Positions 1 to 15,790 of a stretch of 64,000 bases of DNA are shown piece after piece. The notes under the pieces are model-generated. The model searched no databases and was not told the DNA's origin. It worked only from the letters and a program-made list of their open reading frames with translations. Position 1 is the first letter of the stretch. Each line of letters starts with the position of its first letter. Source of the DNA: Paramoeba atlantica (Eukaryota; Protista; Discosea); the NCBI GenBank assembly GCA_977017575.1, contig CDRNVI010000002.1, positions 372,001 to 436,000 of the forward strand, given 5' to 3'. The translations under genes and the position numbers were made by a program.

Positions 1-701
1 CTCGTGGGCAACTTAAAGCATCTCACAGGATACTTTTGGTTAAAAAATTTGAGGAAATTGATTCTTTTTCGGCTGTCGCCAAGACGTTTAGGTGACTTAA
101 AACTTTTAGGAATCGATTTTGGAAGAGTAATGTTGCAGGGCCCGCGGAAACTTTTTAAAAGCGAAGAAAAGCTTTTTCAGATCGTTGAAAGCGCTTTAAA
201 AGCGCTTTTCGAGCTTTTTTTAGCTTTCGAACTTTCGAGCACGTGTGTACACCTTTACCCTGAGGATGCACTTATGTAAATGAGCATGTAGTGTGTTCAT
301 CCGTGGAATGCCGACTGAAAATGTGCGCCAGACTTACACTTGAAACGTTGTCGTAGAAATTTGGCCTAAAGCAGTACTCCCCCACTCATTAATAATTATA
401 AACCTCCAAAACTTATTAAAAGGTTCGTTTATAGAAATTTAATGAGATCATAATTCTCAGCCTCACTTCTATAATTATAAACCTCAAATTCTTCATTTTT
501 TATCTAGAAAGACACCTGTACCACATACTTTGCACTAAAAATTGTTTCCAAGTTTAAAGGAGTGTCTCGAAAATCAAGAATTTGAAGTCCGTAATAAGAA
601 AAAATCACTTATCGAATCTCATTAATAATTATAAACTAAATTTATAATTATAAACTAAAAACGTTTATAGATTATAATTATTAATGGACACTATGAAGAT
701 T

Positions 702-747
702 TGGATGGCACTGGATGGCAGCGGATGGCACTGGATGGCACTGGATG
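702..747. repeat. 10-bp tandem repeat (CTGGATGGCA)x~4.6
   Basis: Direct reading of tandem units. Confidence 0.9.
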
Positions 748-827
748 ACTAATTTTTGTGTATGTAATGGTTTACCCAAAACGAAAATTTGTGGGACGGT
801 TTGCTCACATCTCAAGTGATGGTGAGG

Positions 828-866
828 CAAGACTATATGCCAAGACTATATGTCAAGACTATATGC
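828..866. repeat. 13-bp tandem repeat (CAAGACTATATGC)x3
   Basis: Direct reading of tandem units. Confidence 0.85.
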
Positions 867-2408
867 CAGACGATGCACGAGATACAAGTTGCAACCCAAC
901 AGCATGACCGGTCGTAGGGGATCAGTGATGCTAGAAGCCAAAACGCATGAAAGCTGCTCATCCAAGTATCATTGAAAATTAATAGTATAGTAATAAACCT
1001 AACCCCCAAATTACAAGTACGATACGACAATAAATAATGTAAATACAATTTGCAATAATAATTAATGGAATGAAAATGAAGTGGATTATTAGTTAAAGCA
1101 CCCCTCTTCCCTCTGGTTCTCCCTCACACGTACTACAAATTAAAAGCATATAGTAAGTTTAATATAATTAAAAGCAAATAGTATTAAAAGCATACTGTGA
1201 CCCCCCACTTTAATATGCTCCCCCTTCCCTCCCCCCCTTAATATGCATAAATTTTGGTGAAAGGGGACTTTTTTTCCTCCTAAAAAAAATTGATTTTTTT
1301 TCACGGTGGTAGCGCAGACAAAATTTCTGTACTTTCCAAGCGAGTGATTAAGCATCATATTTTTGCTACTTACACGACTCCGCTCTATCATTTTTCTTTG
1401 CACAGACTGTAAAATGTATGTCCTATCACTTTTTGTAGTTGGGAACCTTGGATGGCGTGATAATAGAAGCATGTACCGTACGATGTGAATTAAGGAGTTC
1501 TTGTGCCGGTGACAATTACAAAGAAAAGTCCTCTGTAAGTAGGGGGGGACACATTAAATATTCTCGAAAGGGGTTGGGAAGTAGGCCTCGATGACAAGGA
1601 TGCATAGAAGTAGCCGCCATCGGTTGTGTGCCGTAGTCGATTGAATCTAAACGCGGCGTCCCTGTCTCGGAACGGTCTTCTGTCTCTAAGGAAAGAGCAC
1701 TACGGGGCTTCTGAGACGATGTCCTCACTTCGACGTCTACGATTCCCTGATTCCCATCCGTAGGTGGGATTCGCTTAGGTGGAACAGGACTGGTCGATGG
1801 GCATCTCTATTGCTTCCAACGGAGTTTTTGCTTCAAATTATTCTTGGAGAGTTGCCGGTTGATTTCTGCATCCCACTTTTTCAGTTGAGTTTTAGAATGC
1901 ACTGTGTATAATTCACCAAAGGTTTCTCTCATTCATTGTTGTATTGTTGCCATAGCTTTGTGGTGCGTTTGAGACATAGTTCGCCATTTCGAAACAGCCT
2001 TATCCTTCACAACGAAAGGAACATCGCGACGTACGTTTCTCCGAGAACCTAAAACGACTCTAGAACGTTTGGCAACTTTTACTTTACGGGCCCCACTGCA
2101 ATCAACCAAACCTTCCTCGTTATCACTGCTTTCATCAGTGGTAGAACTTTCCTCTGTTTCGCTTAATTCCCCATCAGGGGTTTCGAGGCTAACATTTTCT
2201 ATATCACTACCATGTTCTTCATCAGAATGGTATTGGATGTTCTAATGGGTGTTCATAGGCACATTCTAAGGGGTGTTCTAGGCGCTTCCAGTGAACTTCC
2301 ATGGAGTTCGGACTTGGTAATTTGAGGACAAATTACCGCCGCAAGTACCACTCCGGCTCGCGGGCTCCGCCCGAGTACGGGGACGCCGATCTCTCCTAGG
2401 TCACTTCA

Positions 2409-2615
<207 letters not shown>

Positions 2616-2672
2616 TTTTTTTTTTTTTTTGTACTACGTTGTACAGAATGTTATGCGTCTGTAGCCCCTAAT

Positions 2673-5600
2673 ATGGCAAGCTCAGACGTTCCTGCACAAG
2701 CATCACGCGGGGAACGACATGTGAGGGTTAAAAGCACCACGTGTACAACATGGACTACGTTCGCTAGCATTAAATCAGCCGCTGTCAGCCCACTTGTCAG
2801 ACAGTTTTATCCGAATCCTGAGACCGGTCGCACCGCCCTCACTCACGCGCTTGATAAAAGTAAACCTGCACGCGGACTCGTGGTCGAGTCAGCCGAACTA
2901 TCTAGATATAGAATTCGACACCGAGGAACGAATGAAGAATGGAACTACTACTCAAGCATTGCAGATCTACATACCAAGCTGTTCTCTTCCACGTATTCGC
3001 GTGTCGACTCTCTCAGCCGCGCTCTCGCCAGCTACTTTAAGGGATCCCCTCCAAAGCATCTCCTTCCCTTTGACATTGAACCATTGCACGCAGAGCGCCA
3101 AGGAACTGCACCACCACGAATTGCCACGGAATGCAAGCACAGCTGCAAGAGCAAGGAAACGTGCTCCCACTTATGTTGTAAGCGGCACCTGGAATCATAC
3201 GAAACTATCAAGTCGGACGCGGAGCCCCAAACTGTGCCCAACAACACTACAAACAACGAGTGTAAGCACCTCTGTGGCGACAAACGTACCTGTAAGCATG
3301 TATGCTGCAAACGGCACTTGACCTCTGAGCGACTAGAATTCCAAACTGCGGATCCACCGGACCCAACCGAATCCTCGCAGCATCATGAAAATCAGCTTCC
3401 GCAAGCACCTATCGGCGGAGTCGAAGAATGCAAGCATATCTGCACGAACAAACGATCATGCAAGCACTTGTGCTGCAAACGACACCTCACGACCACCTTC
3501 GCCGGCCCCGACGCTAGTTCTACAATGCTAACCACGGAAACCACCAACTCCCACATTGAAATTAGTTCGACCCAAGTCCCTCCTCCCCTCAGCGAGCCGG
3601 AGCCCCCCTCAGACCCTACACCTATCACGTCTCCTCCAGTGGGAAACCCCCTCCCGACGGTAAGTACGGCCTACGGCACACTTCATTCAATCGGCAGTAC
3701 TATCGGAACCTATATTGTACATGCCGCCCGCCAAGTGCTAGCTGGAAGTGCTACCCCAGAACAGGAATCGCACCCCATCGGAGCCCATGTACACAACCCA
3801 TGCAGCAACGTCAGGGAGGACAATATCGAGAAAGGACCACAACACCGCGCATCCGCCGGCCCGGTCTCGCCTCAAGCGGCCTCGCCCACAGAGTGTAAGC
3901 ACATCTGCACGGACAAGCACACGTGCCGGCACCAATGCTGCAAACGACACCTGGGTATCGCTTCATCCGAACAGCAGCGTAACACTACTGAAACTCAGCC
4001 CACAGGTGACGCGCTCCCCGCACCGCTTTCCCCACCGCGCGGAAGCACTGCAGCACCCATACCTACCCTTCCTGATACGTCCCTACCTACCCTTCCCAGC
4101 CCACGACTCACAGAAGCCTCGGAACCAAGCGACGTGCAAGATGCAACCGCTCCCTGCAAGCACGACTGTCTAAATAGATTCTCATGCAGGCACCACTGCT
4201 GTAAACGAAACCTCCCCCATCCAACGTCCCGTGCTAGCCTCTTAGCAGCCGCAGCAGGGATTGCTGGTTGCCGCATGAATCTGAAGTTAAACTACAATGT
4301 GTGGGAAGTAGCCGATACACATGCCGAAGAGCTATTCCTTCGCTTTCGTATACAAGACGTTCAAAGCAAATCTGAGGCCGAAGAAAATGTGACTCTACTC
4401 ACAGCTTGCATCGTCGTAAGTTGCGCCCTTGCCGCCACGCGAGAACATGGGGATCACGGAATTACACTTCGACAACGAGGTCCCCCGCAGTGCCTCCGTC
4501 GACGCCCTATTGCTGCCGAAAAGGCGCGTAGGTTGCTTGAAACCGAGGCGTACCTCCTCCGCAAAAAAGCGAGGCACGCAACTTCGTCTGACCGTACCAG
4601 GCTTCTAAGGGAAGCGAAGAGCGCCCAATCAGCAGCAATCAACTTCTCGAAGGAAGCGGAAAGGGTACGAACCCGACGAGCGCAACAAGAAGCCAACCAT
4701 CGTTTCGCGAGAAATGCCTGGGCGGCTGCCACCGAAGTGCTGGAGAGACCGACGGGGGAAAGCACAGTGCACAAGTACCCGACATGCGCGGATACTGATG
4801 TCCTCGAGCATTACAAGCGCGAACTCAAAGCGTCACAATCGAAGGCAATGTTACCAGACCGTTCGCACCTCCCTGGGAATTCTATGGCGGAACAACATTA
4901 CTGGTCTGATATCACACCAGGCGATGTGACACGGGCTGCCATGAAAAAGAAATCTTGTTCAGCCCCCGGGGAGGACGCCATTCAGAATACTGCACTAAAG
5001 AAACTCAAATCTCTTCACCCCCACATCGCACACTGCTTCAATAACCTCCTTCGATGGAGAGTGTGTCCCACACAGTGGAAATCGGCCATCGTAAAATTAC
5101 TCCACAAGGGTGGGGATGATAGCAATCCCAAAAACTGGCGCCCAATCGCCCTTACGTCATGCCTAGGCAAGCTGTTCCATTCCATTATCGCCTCAAGCAT
5201 CACCGAGCACGTAACGAAGGAATATATTCTGGACACCAGTGTCCAAAAGGGGTTCCTACCGAAGCTAGCAGGATGCATAGAACATACAGCTGCCATTAGC
5301 CAATGCGTTCGCCACGCTAAACAGAACAGAAAGCCCCTATGCATGGTTCAGTACGACCTAACGAATGCCTTTGGATCGGTGCCACACGAGATTATCCTTG
5401 CTGCGCTCAAGTGGGCGAGGATAGACTCAGTCATTGTTGAATACGTCGAGCAAATGTACCAAGGATCATCTCTTCGCTTGAAACTCGCAGGTGGTCTCTC
5501 TGAACCCATCCCAGCCCAAAGAGGAGTCCTACAGGGTGACACTCTCTCGCCAATCCTGTTCAATATGGTCATGGAAGTTGTCTACCGCTACATCCGCAAA

Positions 5601-7178
5601 GCCCGTCCGACACTAGGATTCTCCACTGGACGTGACCTACACTTCTGCAAAGCGTTTGCAGACGACCTCACCTTTCTCACAGACAATGCACATCATGCAC
5701 AGGAAGTGACCGAACTCCTTGAGACTGTCCTAGCGTGCTTGCATATGAAACCCAACACCCAAAAGTGCCGTGTATACAGCTTAGGGTTCAACGGGAAACG
5801 AAGCTTCACAACTCTTCGCCCCACAATCAAACTATGTGGAGAAGCGATTCCCCATGTGGCAGATAAAGGCACAACGTTCCTAGGGATGACTATTGCCACC
5901 GGAAAGGATACCCCACGCATGGTGTTCTCCTTACTAAGAGACAGGATCCGAAGCATGATGAAGAGAATTGATGACAGCGACCATATAGGACACGCGCAGA
6001 TATGGATGTATCAGAATGCAGTACTGGGCCGACTACGATACCTTCTGACGATACACGATTGCCTTACATATAACCTTATTCGGAGACTCCAAAAGATATG
6101 TAGCAAATATTTACGAAAGTGGATAAACCTAGCGTCGTACGCACACCCCGACCAGCTATACATCCGGAACGGCGGCTGGGGTCTTACGTCCCTAGTAGGC
6201 TTATGGAAGGAGTGTACTGTCTCTTGCCTCACTATTTTAGCAGCTTCTACGGGCTCATCAGTACACCGTACACTTGAAGATCGTATGCAATGGGAAGCCA
6301 GCCTTCAACACTCCCAACGGAACCGCGCAGCAAACCTCGTCGTAAACCGATTAAACGACAGAAATGATGCGCTATCCTGGGTGAGACGGCACACGGACGA
6401 AGAGATGATAGCAGCATATCAACGACGAGCACCTATTGCAGGTAGATGGTTCAACAGCACTGACAACGAGGAATTAGCTGCGGACTATGCGAAAGCCTTA
6501 CATAACTTAAACGGAAAGGAGATTTCACGCTTCACATCCATGGTGCTCACAGGATACGCCCCTCCATCGCAGACTAATACGAGATCCTGGGGGAAATCAG
6601 ATGGGTATGTAACTTGCCCTATTTGTTCCGAGCGCAAACAGACACTGCGCCACATACTCACCTCATGCACGACTTCGTTAGAACAAGGACGCTATAAATA
6701 CCGGCATGACGCAGTTCTCAAAGTACTCTTTGACACTCTGAAAACCAGTGACAACATCCAGTCGATGTACTTCGACCTCCCTGGTGTACAAAGCAGTGGC
6801 TGCCCCCCTTCCTGGCTCACGAACTACACTGTACTCCGACCTGACGGTTGGTTGGCTCTTAAGGATGGATCTGAATTCATCCTAGAACTCACATGCCCTT
6901 GGGAAGAAAATTTTGATCTCGCACAGGAGCGAAAGAGAGCGAAGTACGAAGAACTCTTGAGATACCGTCAAACGACAAATCCCCGAACTACTCTACTAAC
7001 ATTTGAAGTCGGAGCGCGCGGCAAACTGAACAACAGTGTAATGGACCTCTCTTGGATTTTCGGACAAAAACAAACAAGACAAGTCCGAGAAATGCGGCAA
7101 AGAATGACTGAGACAGCTCTTCGAACGTCTTTTATGCTATACGTGATGCGCCACTCTCCCACCTGGAGTCCCCAGTAG
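2673..7178 (+). CDS. 1501-aa polyprotein: 5x Cys/His finger, RT, CCHC knuckle, restriction-like endonuclease
   Basis: First ATG 2673. RT motifs WRPIAL, QKGF, DLTNAFGSV, QGDTLSP, FADDL; CPIC-x8-HILTSC; RHD, RPDGW, LELTCPWE, KRAKY. Confidence 0.93.
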   Translation: MASSDVPAQASRGERHVRVKSTTCTTWTTFASIKSAAVSPLVRQFYPNPETGRTALTHALDKSKPARGLVVESAELSRYRIRHRGTNEEWNYYSSIADLHTKLFSSTYSRVDSLSRALASYFKGSPPKHLLPFDIEPLHAERQGTAPPRIATECKHSCKSKETCSHLCCKRHLESYETIKSDAEPQTVPNNTTNNECKHLCGDKRTCKHVCCKRHLTSERLEFQTADPPDPTESSQHHENQLPQAPIGGVEECKHICTNKRSCKHLCCKRHLTTTFAGPDASSTMLTTETTNSHIEISSTQVPPPLSEPEPPSDPTPITSPPVGNPLPTVSTAYGTLHSIGSTIGTYIVHAARQVLAGSATPEQESHPIGAHVHNPCSNVREDNIEKGPQHRASAGPVSPQAASPTECKHICTDKHTCRHQCCKRHLGIASSEQQRNTTETQPTGDALPAPLSPPRGSTAAPIPTLPDTSLPTLPSPRLTEASEPSDVQDATAPCKHDCLNRFSCRHHCCKRNLPHPTSRASLLAAAAGIAGCRMNLKLNYNVWEVADTHAEELFLRFRIQDVQSKSEAEENVTLLTACIVVSCALAATREHGDHGITLRQRGPPQCLRRRPIAAEKARRLLETEAYLLRKKARHATSSDRTRLLREAKSAQSAAINFSKEAERVRTRRAQQEANHRFARNAWAAATEVLERPTGESTVHKYPTCADTDVLEHYKRELKASQSKAMLPDRSHLPGNSMAEQHYWSDITPGDVTRAAMKKKSCSAPGEDAIQNTALKKLKSLHPHIAHCFNNLLRWRVCPTQWKSAIVKLLHKGGDDSNPKNWRPIALTSCLGKLFHSIIASSITEHVTKEYILDTSVQKGFLPKLAGCIEHTAAISQCVRHAKQNRKPLCMVQYDLTNAFGSVPHEIILAALKWARIDSVIVEYVEQMYQGSSLRLKLAGGLSEPIPAQRGVLQGDTLSPILFNMVMEVVYRYIRKARPTLGFSTGRDLHFCKAFADDLTFLTDNAHHAQEVTELLETVLACLHMKPNTQKCRVYSLGFNGKRSFTTLRPTIKLCGEAIPHVADKGTTFLGMTIATGKDTPRMVFSLLRDRIRSMMKRIDDSDHIGHAQIWMYQNAVLGRLRYLLTIHDCLTYNLIRRLQKICSKYLRKWINLASYAHPDQLYIRNGGWGLTSLVGLWKECTVSCLTILAASTGSSVHRTLEDRMQWEASLQHSQRNRAANLVVNRLNDRNDALSWVRRHTDEEMIAAYQRRAPIAGRWFNSTDNEELAADYAKALHNLNGKEISRFTSMVLTGYAPPSQTNTRSWGKSDGYVTCPICSERKQTLRHILTSCTTSLEQGRYKYRHDAVLKVLFDTLKTSDNIQSMYFDLPGVQSSGCPPSWLTNYTVLRPDGWLALKDGSEFILELTCPWEENFDLAQERKRAKYEELLRYRQTTNPRTTLLTFEVGARGKLNNSVMDLSWIFGQKQTRQVREMRQRMTETALRTSFMLYVMRHSPTWSPQ

Positions 7179-7276
7179 ATGCTATAGCAGGTAAAACGCG
7201 CCCAGCATTTTGACTTGATGATTGTCAGGATCAAGGTTGGGTGAAATCTCTAGTGATATATCACTATGATTAAATG

Positions 7277-11210
<3,934 letters not shown>

Positions 11211-11224
11211 TATATATATATATA

Positions 11225-12655
11225 CAGGGGTGTAAATTTGGATGTGGGGGGGTCTAAAATTCGTAAAACTTGGCCAATTGTGGAAAATAATAGCGCATTC
11301 GAGAACTCTCGAACAGGGCTCATGAACGCAACATGGCCGCGATAGGCACAAGGGGGTATTGCCCCCTCGACAAAGGGCCCCCAAATGCGATTTGCAACTT
11401 TCTAAAGCACGGGAAAAAATAGAAAAAGAAATTAATAATTGCAGTTTCCGCCGTTCTTTTTAATCACAATACGGCATCGCTTACGAAAGCTCTTCATAGT
11501 GTTTTTAGAGGCTATAGAATGTGTCGTTTGAAGATCTTGAAACGCTGCTTCGATCGCAATGATCAAATCTGTACGATTTCTAGGGGCCAAACCATTTTTG
11601 AAATTGTCCATTATGGACCATAAATGTTCAACGGGCATGAGATCAGGTGATTTTGCTGGCCAAGGAAGAACAGTAATTCCTGTTTCTTGAAAACTTGTCC
11701 TGGCCAGATTGTGCACCGTACAGTTATCCATTGCAATAACGCTAGAAAGGTGCCGCTTAAGGTGAGAAATTAACCCTCCAAGCTTCTTCATGGCTTCATC
11801 AAATAGCCCCCGTCACTGTACCTCGGTTTCCTTGAGAACGAACAGAAGGAAAAACGTGAAGGTGAAACCCATGCTTAAGACTCGCTGCTATCCAAACCAT
11901 AACACCATTCCCCCCATGCCATGCATCCAATTCACCTTGCTGCTCCTTGGGAGCGTCAGTTTTGCGGCAGAGGTACGTGATGTGCCCCCCACTCTTCCCA
12001 CAGGTAATTTTTTTCATCCATCCAAATGATATTGGACAGTTCCGCGTCACTCCACGTTAGCATTTCTTCACAGAAACGTACTCGCTTCTCTTTATGCACT
12101 GCGGTAAGTGCAGGGGATTTCCGGACTGTGCGCAAGACGATGCCATGTGATTTCATGTGGGTCGTCAAAGTTTGACGAGAGCAAGTGAACTCAAGATTTT
12201 TCATTAACCGGTGGAGCTCACTCTAGCTCCTGATGCCATAGGGTTGATCTCGAACACCCTCGTCTATCGCTTTCAAAGCAGCCTCACGTAGTTCAGGTGT
12301 CACAGCGATGTTCGTTGGGGCGTGTTTCTGGTTCTTGGAGTCTACTTCTCCAGTATCACGATAGCGCTCCACCCAGCGCTTCACAGTAGCATCATGAACT
12401 TGGAAATTGCGCGCGGTTAGGGAAAAAGACTGCGTTGCTTCGTAATCGGCAACAAGAACCATGCGCCAGCTTGCTTTTATGTGCCCAGGCGAGGAATAAG
12501 CCCTTTCGGAGTGCTTATGTTCCGGAGGTCGTCCACAATCCCGTCGTTTTGGCATGAATAAGGGCAAAAAACAGAAAAATTGTGAAAATTGCAGGATTTC
12601 GTCTTCCAAAAAACTAAGTTTTTTTATGTGCATTCGAAAATCTAATTAACACAAA
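11225..12655 (-). mobile_element. Tc1-like transposon (DD32E family), frameshifted, 5' TIR missing
   Basis: TA+CAGGGGTG TIR at 11225; ORF from ATG 12555 to 11432 with WMDEK, MDNCTVH, WPAKSPDLMPVE. Confidence 0.88.
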
Positions 12656-12881
12656 GTCAGCCCCCCTCTTGGGAGCCGATATGGTGATTTGGTCATTTTT
12701 GGAAAAAAAAGTTGAAAAACCAATTATTTTTTTTGATTAATTTTTAAAATTTTAAAATGAGCTAAAAACAGCGGGAACGTACAGATCTCAAAATTTTGAA
12801 CGAAAAAGTGGTATGATAACCCACCCACGCCCCCCTGTGCTAAAAATAAGGGGGGGTCACTTATTCGTGAGCGGGGGTTTA
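12656..12881 (-). mobile_element. Inverted 5'-end stub of the DD35E Tc1-like family
   Basis: Reverse complement of 12884-13107 including TIR and first codons. Confidence 0.85.
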
Positions 12882-12883
12882 TA

Positions 12884-14228
12884 TAAACCCCGCGTCACCA
12901 ATAAGTGACCCCCCCTTATTTTTAGCACAGGAGGTCGTGGGGGGTTATCATAGCACGTTGTCGTTCAAAATTTTGAGATCTGTACGTTCCCACTGTTTTT
13001 AGCTCATTTTAAAACTTTAAAATTCAGTAAAAAAAATAATTGGTTTTTCAACTTTTTTTTCCAAAAATGACCAAATCACCATATCGGCTCCCAAGAGGGG
13101 GGCTGACTTCTAGTGGAAAGGTTCTTTTAAAGATGAGGCACGGACAAGGAGTACCAATAAAAGAGCTAGCCCGTGATTTCAACGTTTCTAGAAGGATAGT
13201 TAAAAAATATTTGAACGAAAAAAAAATTACCCCAGTATACACTTTGAGTCCTGAGCGAAAAAAAATAATGAAAACTCGTAAAACGAAAATTGAGAAGATA
13301 ATAACCCCTCTTGACCCCGCTGGAGTACCGAGACTCAATTCATCAAGGCGCATAGCAGCCCAATTGAAGAAAAAGAATATATAAGTTTCAAAAAGAACTG
13401 TACAGAGAGACTTATCATCCCTGGATTGCAGTTATGCCGCTCGACCGCTATGCCAAGGACTTACCAAACGACAAAAACTAAAAAGAGTTCAATTTGCGTT
13501 GAATTACAATATGGATACTTCCCGTGTCATCTTTACAGACGAAAAAATATTTGATACGAATGATGGCAGAAGAAAAATGTGGGTAAGGCGCGGTCAAAAA
13601 GCAGCCCCGCGTCAAAAAGTACGTTGGGCACCAAGATGCCAAGTTTGGGGTGCTGTAGGAGTGGGGTGGAGGTACTTGGTAATTCTACAAAATGACACAT
13701 CTATTACAAGTGAGACGTACATAGAAACATTAAAAGAGGTAGATTTCCCCCCTAATCGTATTTTTCAGCAAGATGGGGCAACGGCACACACTGCTCGTGC
13801 CTCAAAGGAGTACATTGAAAGCGCAATGAGTGAACTTCTGAAAAATTGGCCCCCCAACTCACCAGATCTTTCCCCAATAGAAAACGTCTGGTCTATGGTC
13901 CAAGGGGCGGTGGACGAACAGACCCCATCGGATAAGCCTTCACTCATCCGATGTGTACGCAAAGCGTGGTCTCGCTTGTCTCAAAATGTGATCGACAAAA
14001 CGGTCTTAAGCTTTGACTCACGCCTTAAGGAGTGTATAAGATTGAAAGTCGAAAAAGTGAAAAAATGGTAATTCCTCAATAAAATATACGTATTCGCTTC
14101 TTTTTGTTTCATTTCTTCACGCGCAAAGTCCTTGTGTTGAGATCTGCAAAATGCAACAAAAATAAGCTCAAACGGACACTTACGGACGAAAAAAAAGTGG
14201 GGGGTCACTTTTCATGACGCGAGGTTTA
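12884..14228 (+). mobile_element. Tc1-like transposon (DD35E), complete, one premature stop
   Basis: Imperfect ~30-bp TIRs TAAACCCCGCGTCA../..TGACGCGAGGTTTA flanked by TA; ORF 13067-14071 with in-frame TAA at 13382; FTDEK, QQDGATAH, WPPNSPDLSPIE. Confidence 0.9.
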
Positions 14229-14232
14229 TATA

Positions 14233-15790
14233 CAGGGGTGAAAATCCCATGGTGGGGGGGTCTAAAATTCGTAAAATTTGTCCAATTTTGGAAAATAATA
14301 GCGCGTTCGAGAGCTCTCGCAGAGTTGTATGTTTTAAGATAGGCAGTTTGCGGGGGTTAGGGGGGTACCCCCCTTTGATGGAAGGGTCAAAAACACGATT
14401 TGCAAATTTGAAAAACTGTAAAAAATGGTCAAAAATTACCCTTAATACCCACAGGAAGACCCGTTTCGCTCAATAACGATGCGACAACGCTTGCGGAAAC
14501 TGCTCATCGTGTTAATACATTCTTGCTTGCGTTCTGATTGTAATCTTTCGAACGCTGTCTCAATGGCCGATACTAATTCAGCCCGATTCTTGGGTCGAAG
14601 ATCATTTTTGATGCTGTCCATGGTCCCCCAAAGGTTTTCAATGGTGTTTAAATCGGGGGATTTTGCAGGCCAAGAGAGTACATTAATACCTTCGTTACGA
14701 AAGGTTGTTCGCGCAGAATTATGAACAGGACAATTATCCATTGCAACGACTCCAGATGGGTGGCGCCTCAAATAATTTAAAAGTCCTTTGCGCTTCTTCA
14801 TGGCGTCATTAAAAGCATCCCCTGTTACAGTTACTTTTCGGCCGGAAGGGTCGTGGGAGGGAAAAATGTGTAGACGAAATCCATGATTTAAACTGACCCC
14901 CATCCACACCATGACGCCGTTCCCTCCATACCAAGGTTCTAGCTCTCCCTGCTGTTCCTTGGCGGGGTCAGTCTTCCGGCAAAGGTAAGTAATTTTGTTT
15001 CGTCCCCTACCGCAAGTGAACTTCTTCTCATCGCAGAAAACAATTTGTCTCAGTTGGGTATCTGACCAAGTGAGCATCTCAGAACAAAAATGCACTCGTT
15101 TCCTCTTGTGTTCATCGGTCAGTGCGGGCTTTCTTTTTAAAGTTCGCATGATCATACCATGGCTCTTCATGGCGTTAACCAAAGTTGGTCTTGAACACTG
15201 AAATCCAAGAAAAAGCACAACTCTATGGAGTGCACACCAGTTCTCAATCCCGTACGGGAGGTCACGGTATCCCTCATCAATGAGGCGGATAGCTGCTTCG
15301 TGCAGCGCAGGGGTACTGACAGGAGATGGGCGTGAAATAGGAGAGCTTTCCACGTCTCCAGTGTTCTCATAGCGTATCACAAGACGTTTTACTGTATTTT
15401 CGTGGACGCCGAAGTTTTGGGCTGTCCGAGAATAGGACCCTGTCTCAAGATAATCTGAGACAAGAAGCATACGGTGACTTGGTATCACCCGTGCGGGGGA
15501 GGAATAGGACCTGTCGCTGAGTACACCACGTGAGGTTCGGGAACGAATCCGTTTCTGGGGCATATAGTGCTAATATTGACTGAAAAACAGCTAAAAACTG
15601 AAAAAACGTAAATTTGGGCAAGAAAAAAAATCACGATTTTTTTGGTCTCATCGTTTCATGTTGAGTCACAGGCCGCAAATAGTGCTAAAATATACAACTC
15701 TGCGAGAGCTCTCGAATGCGCTATTACTTTCCAAAATTGGATAATTTTTACGAATTTTAGACCCCCCCCACCACGAGGTTTTCACCCCTG
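14233..15790 (-). mobile_element. Tc1-like transposon (DD32E), complete, with ~100-bp TIRs
   Basis: TA-CAGGGGTGAAA...TTTCACCCCTG-TA; intact transposase inside. Confidence 0.93.
14442..15563 (-). CDS. IS630/Tc1/mariner-superfamily transposase, 373 aa
   Basis: N-terminal HTH; FCDEKKF, VMVW, MDNCPVH, WPAKSPDLNTIENLW. Confidence 0.93.
   Translation of the reverse strand: MPQKRIRSRTSRGVLSDRSYSSPARVIPSHRMLLVSDYLETGSYSRTAQNFGVHENTVKRLVIRYENTGDVESSPISRPSPVSTPALHEAAIRLIDEGYRDLPYGIENWCALHRVVLFLGFQCSRPTLVNAMKSHGMIMRTLKRKPALTDEHKRKRVHFCSEMLTWSDTQLRQIVFCDEKKFTCGRGRNKITYLCRKTDPAKEQQGELEPWYGGNGVMVWMGVSLNHGFRLHIFPSHDPSGRKVTVTGDAFNDAMKKRKGLLNYLRRHPSGVVAMDNCPVHNSARTTFRNEGINVLSWPAKSPDLNTIENLWGTMDSIKNDLRPKNRAELVSAIETAFERLQSERKQECINTMSSFRKRCRIVIERNGSSCGY

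Noticed and set aside
1500-2250. Degenerate acidic coding-like stretch on the minus strand
   Set aside because: Broken frames and no recognisable domain; cannot be assigned.
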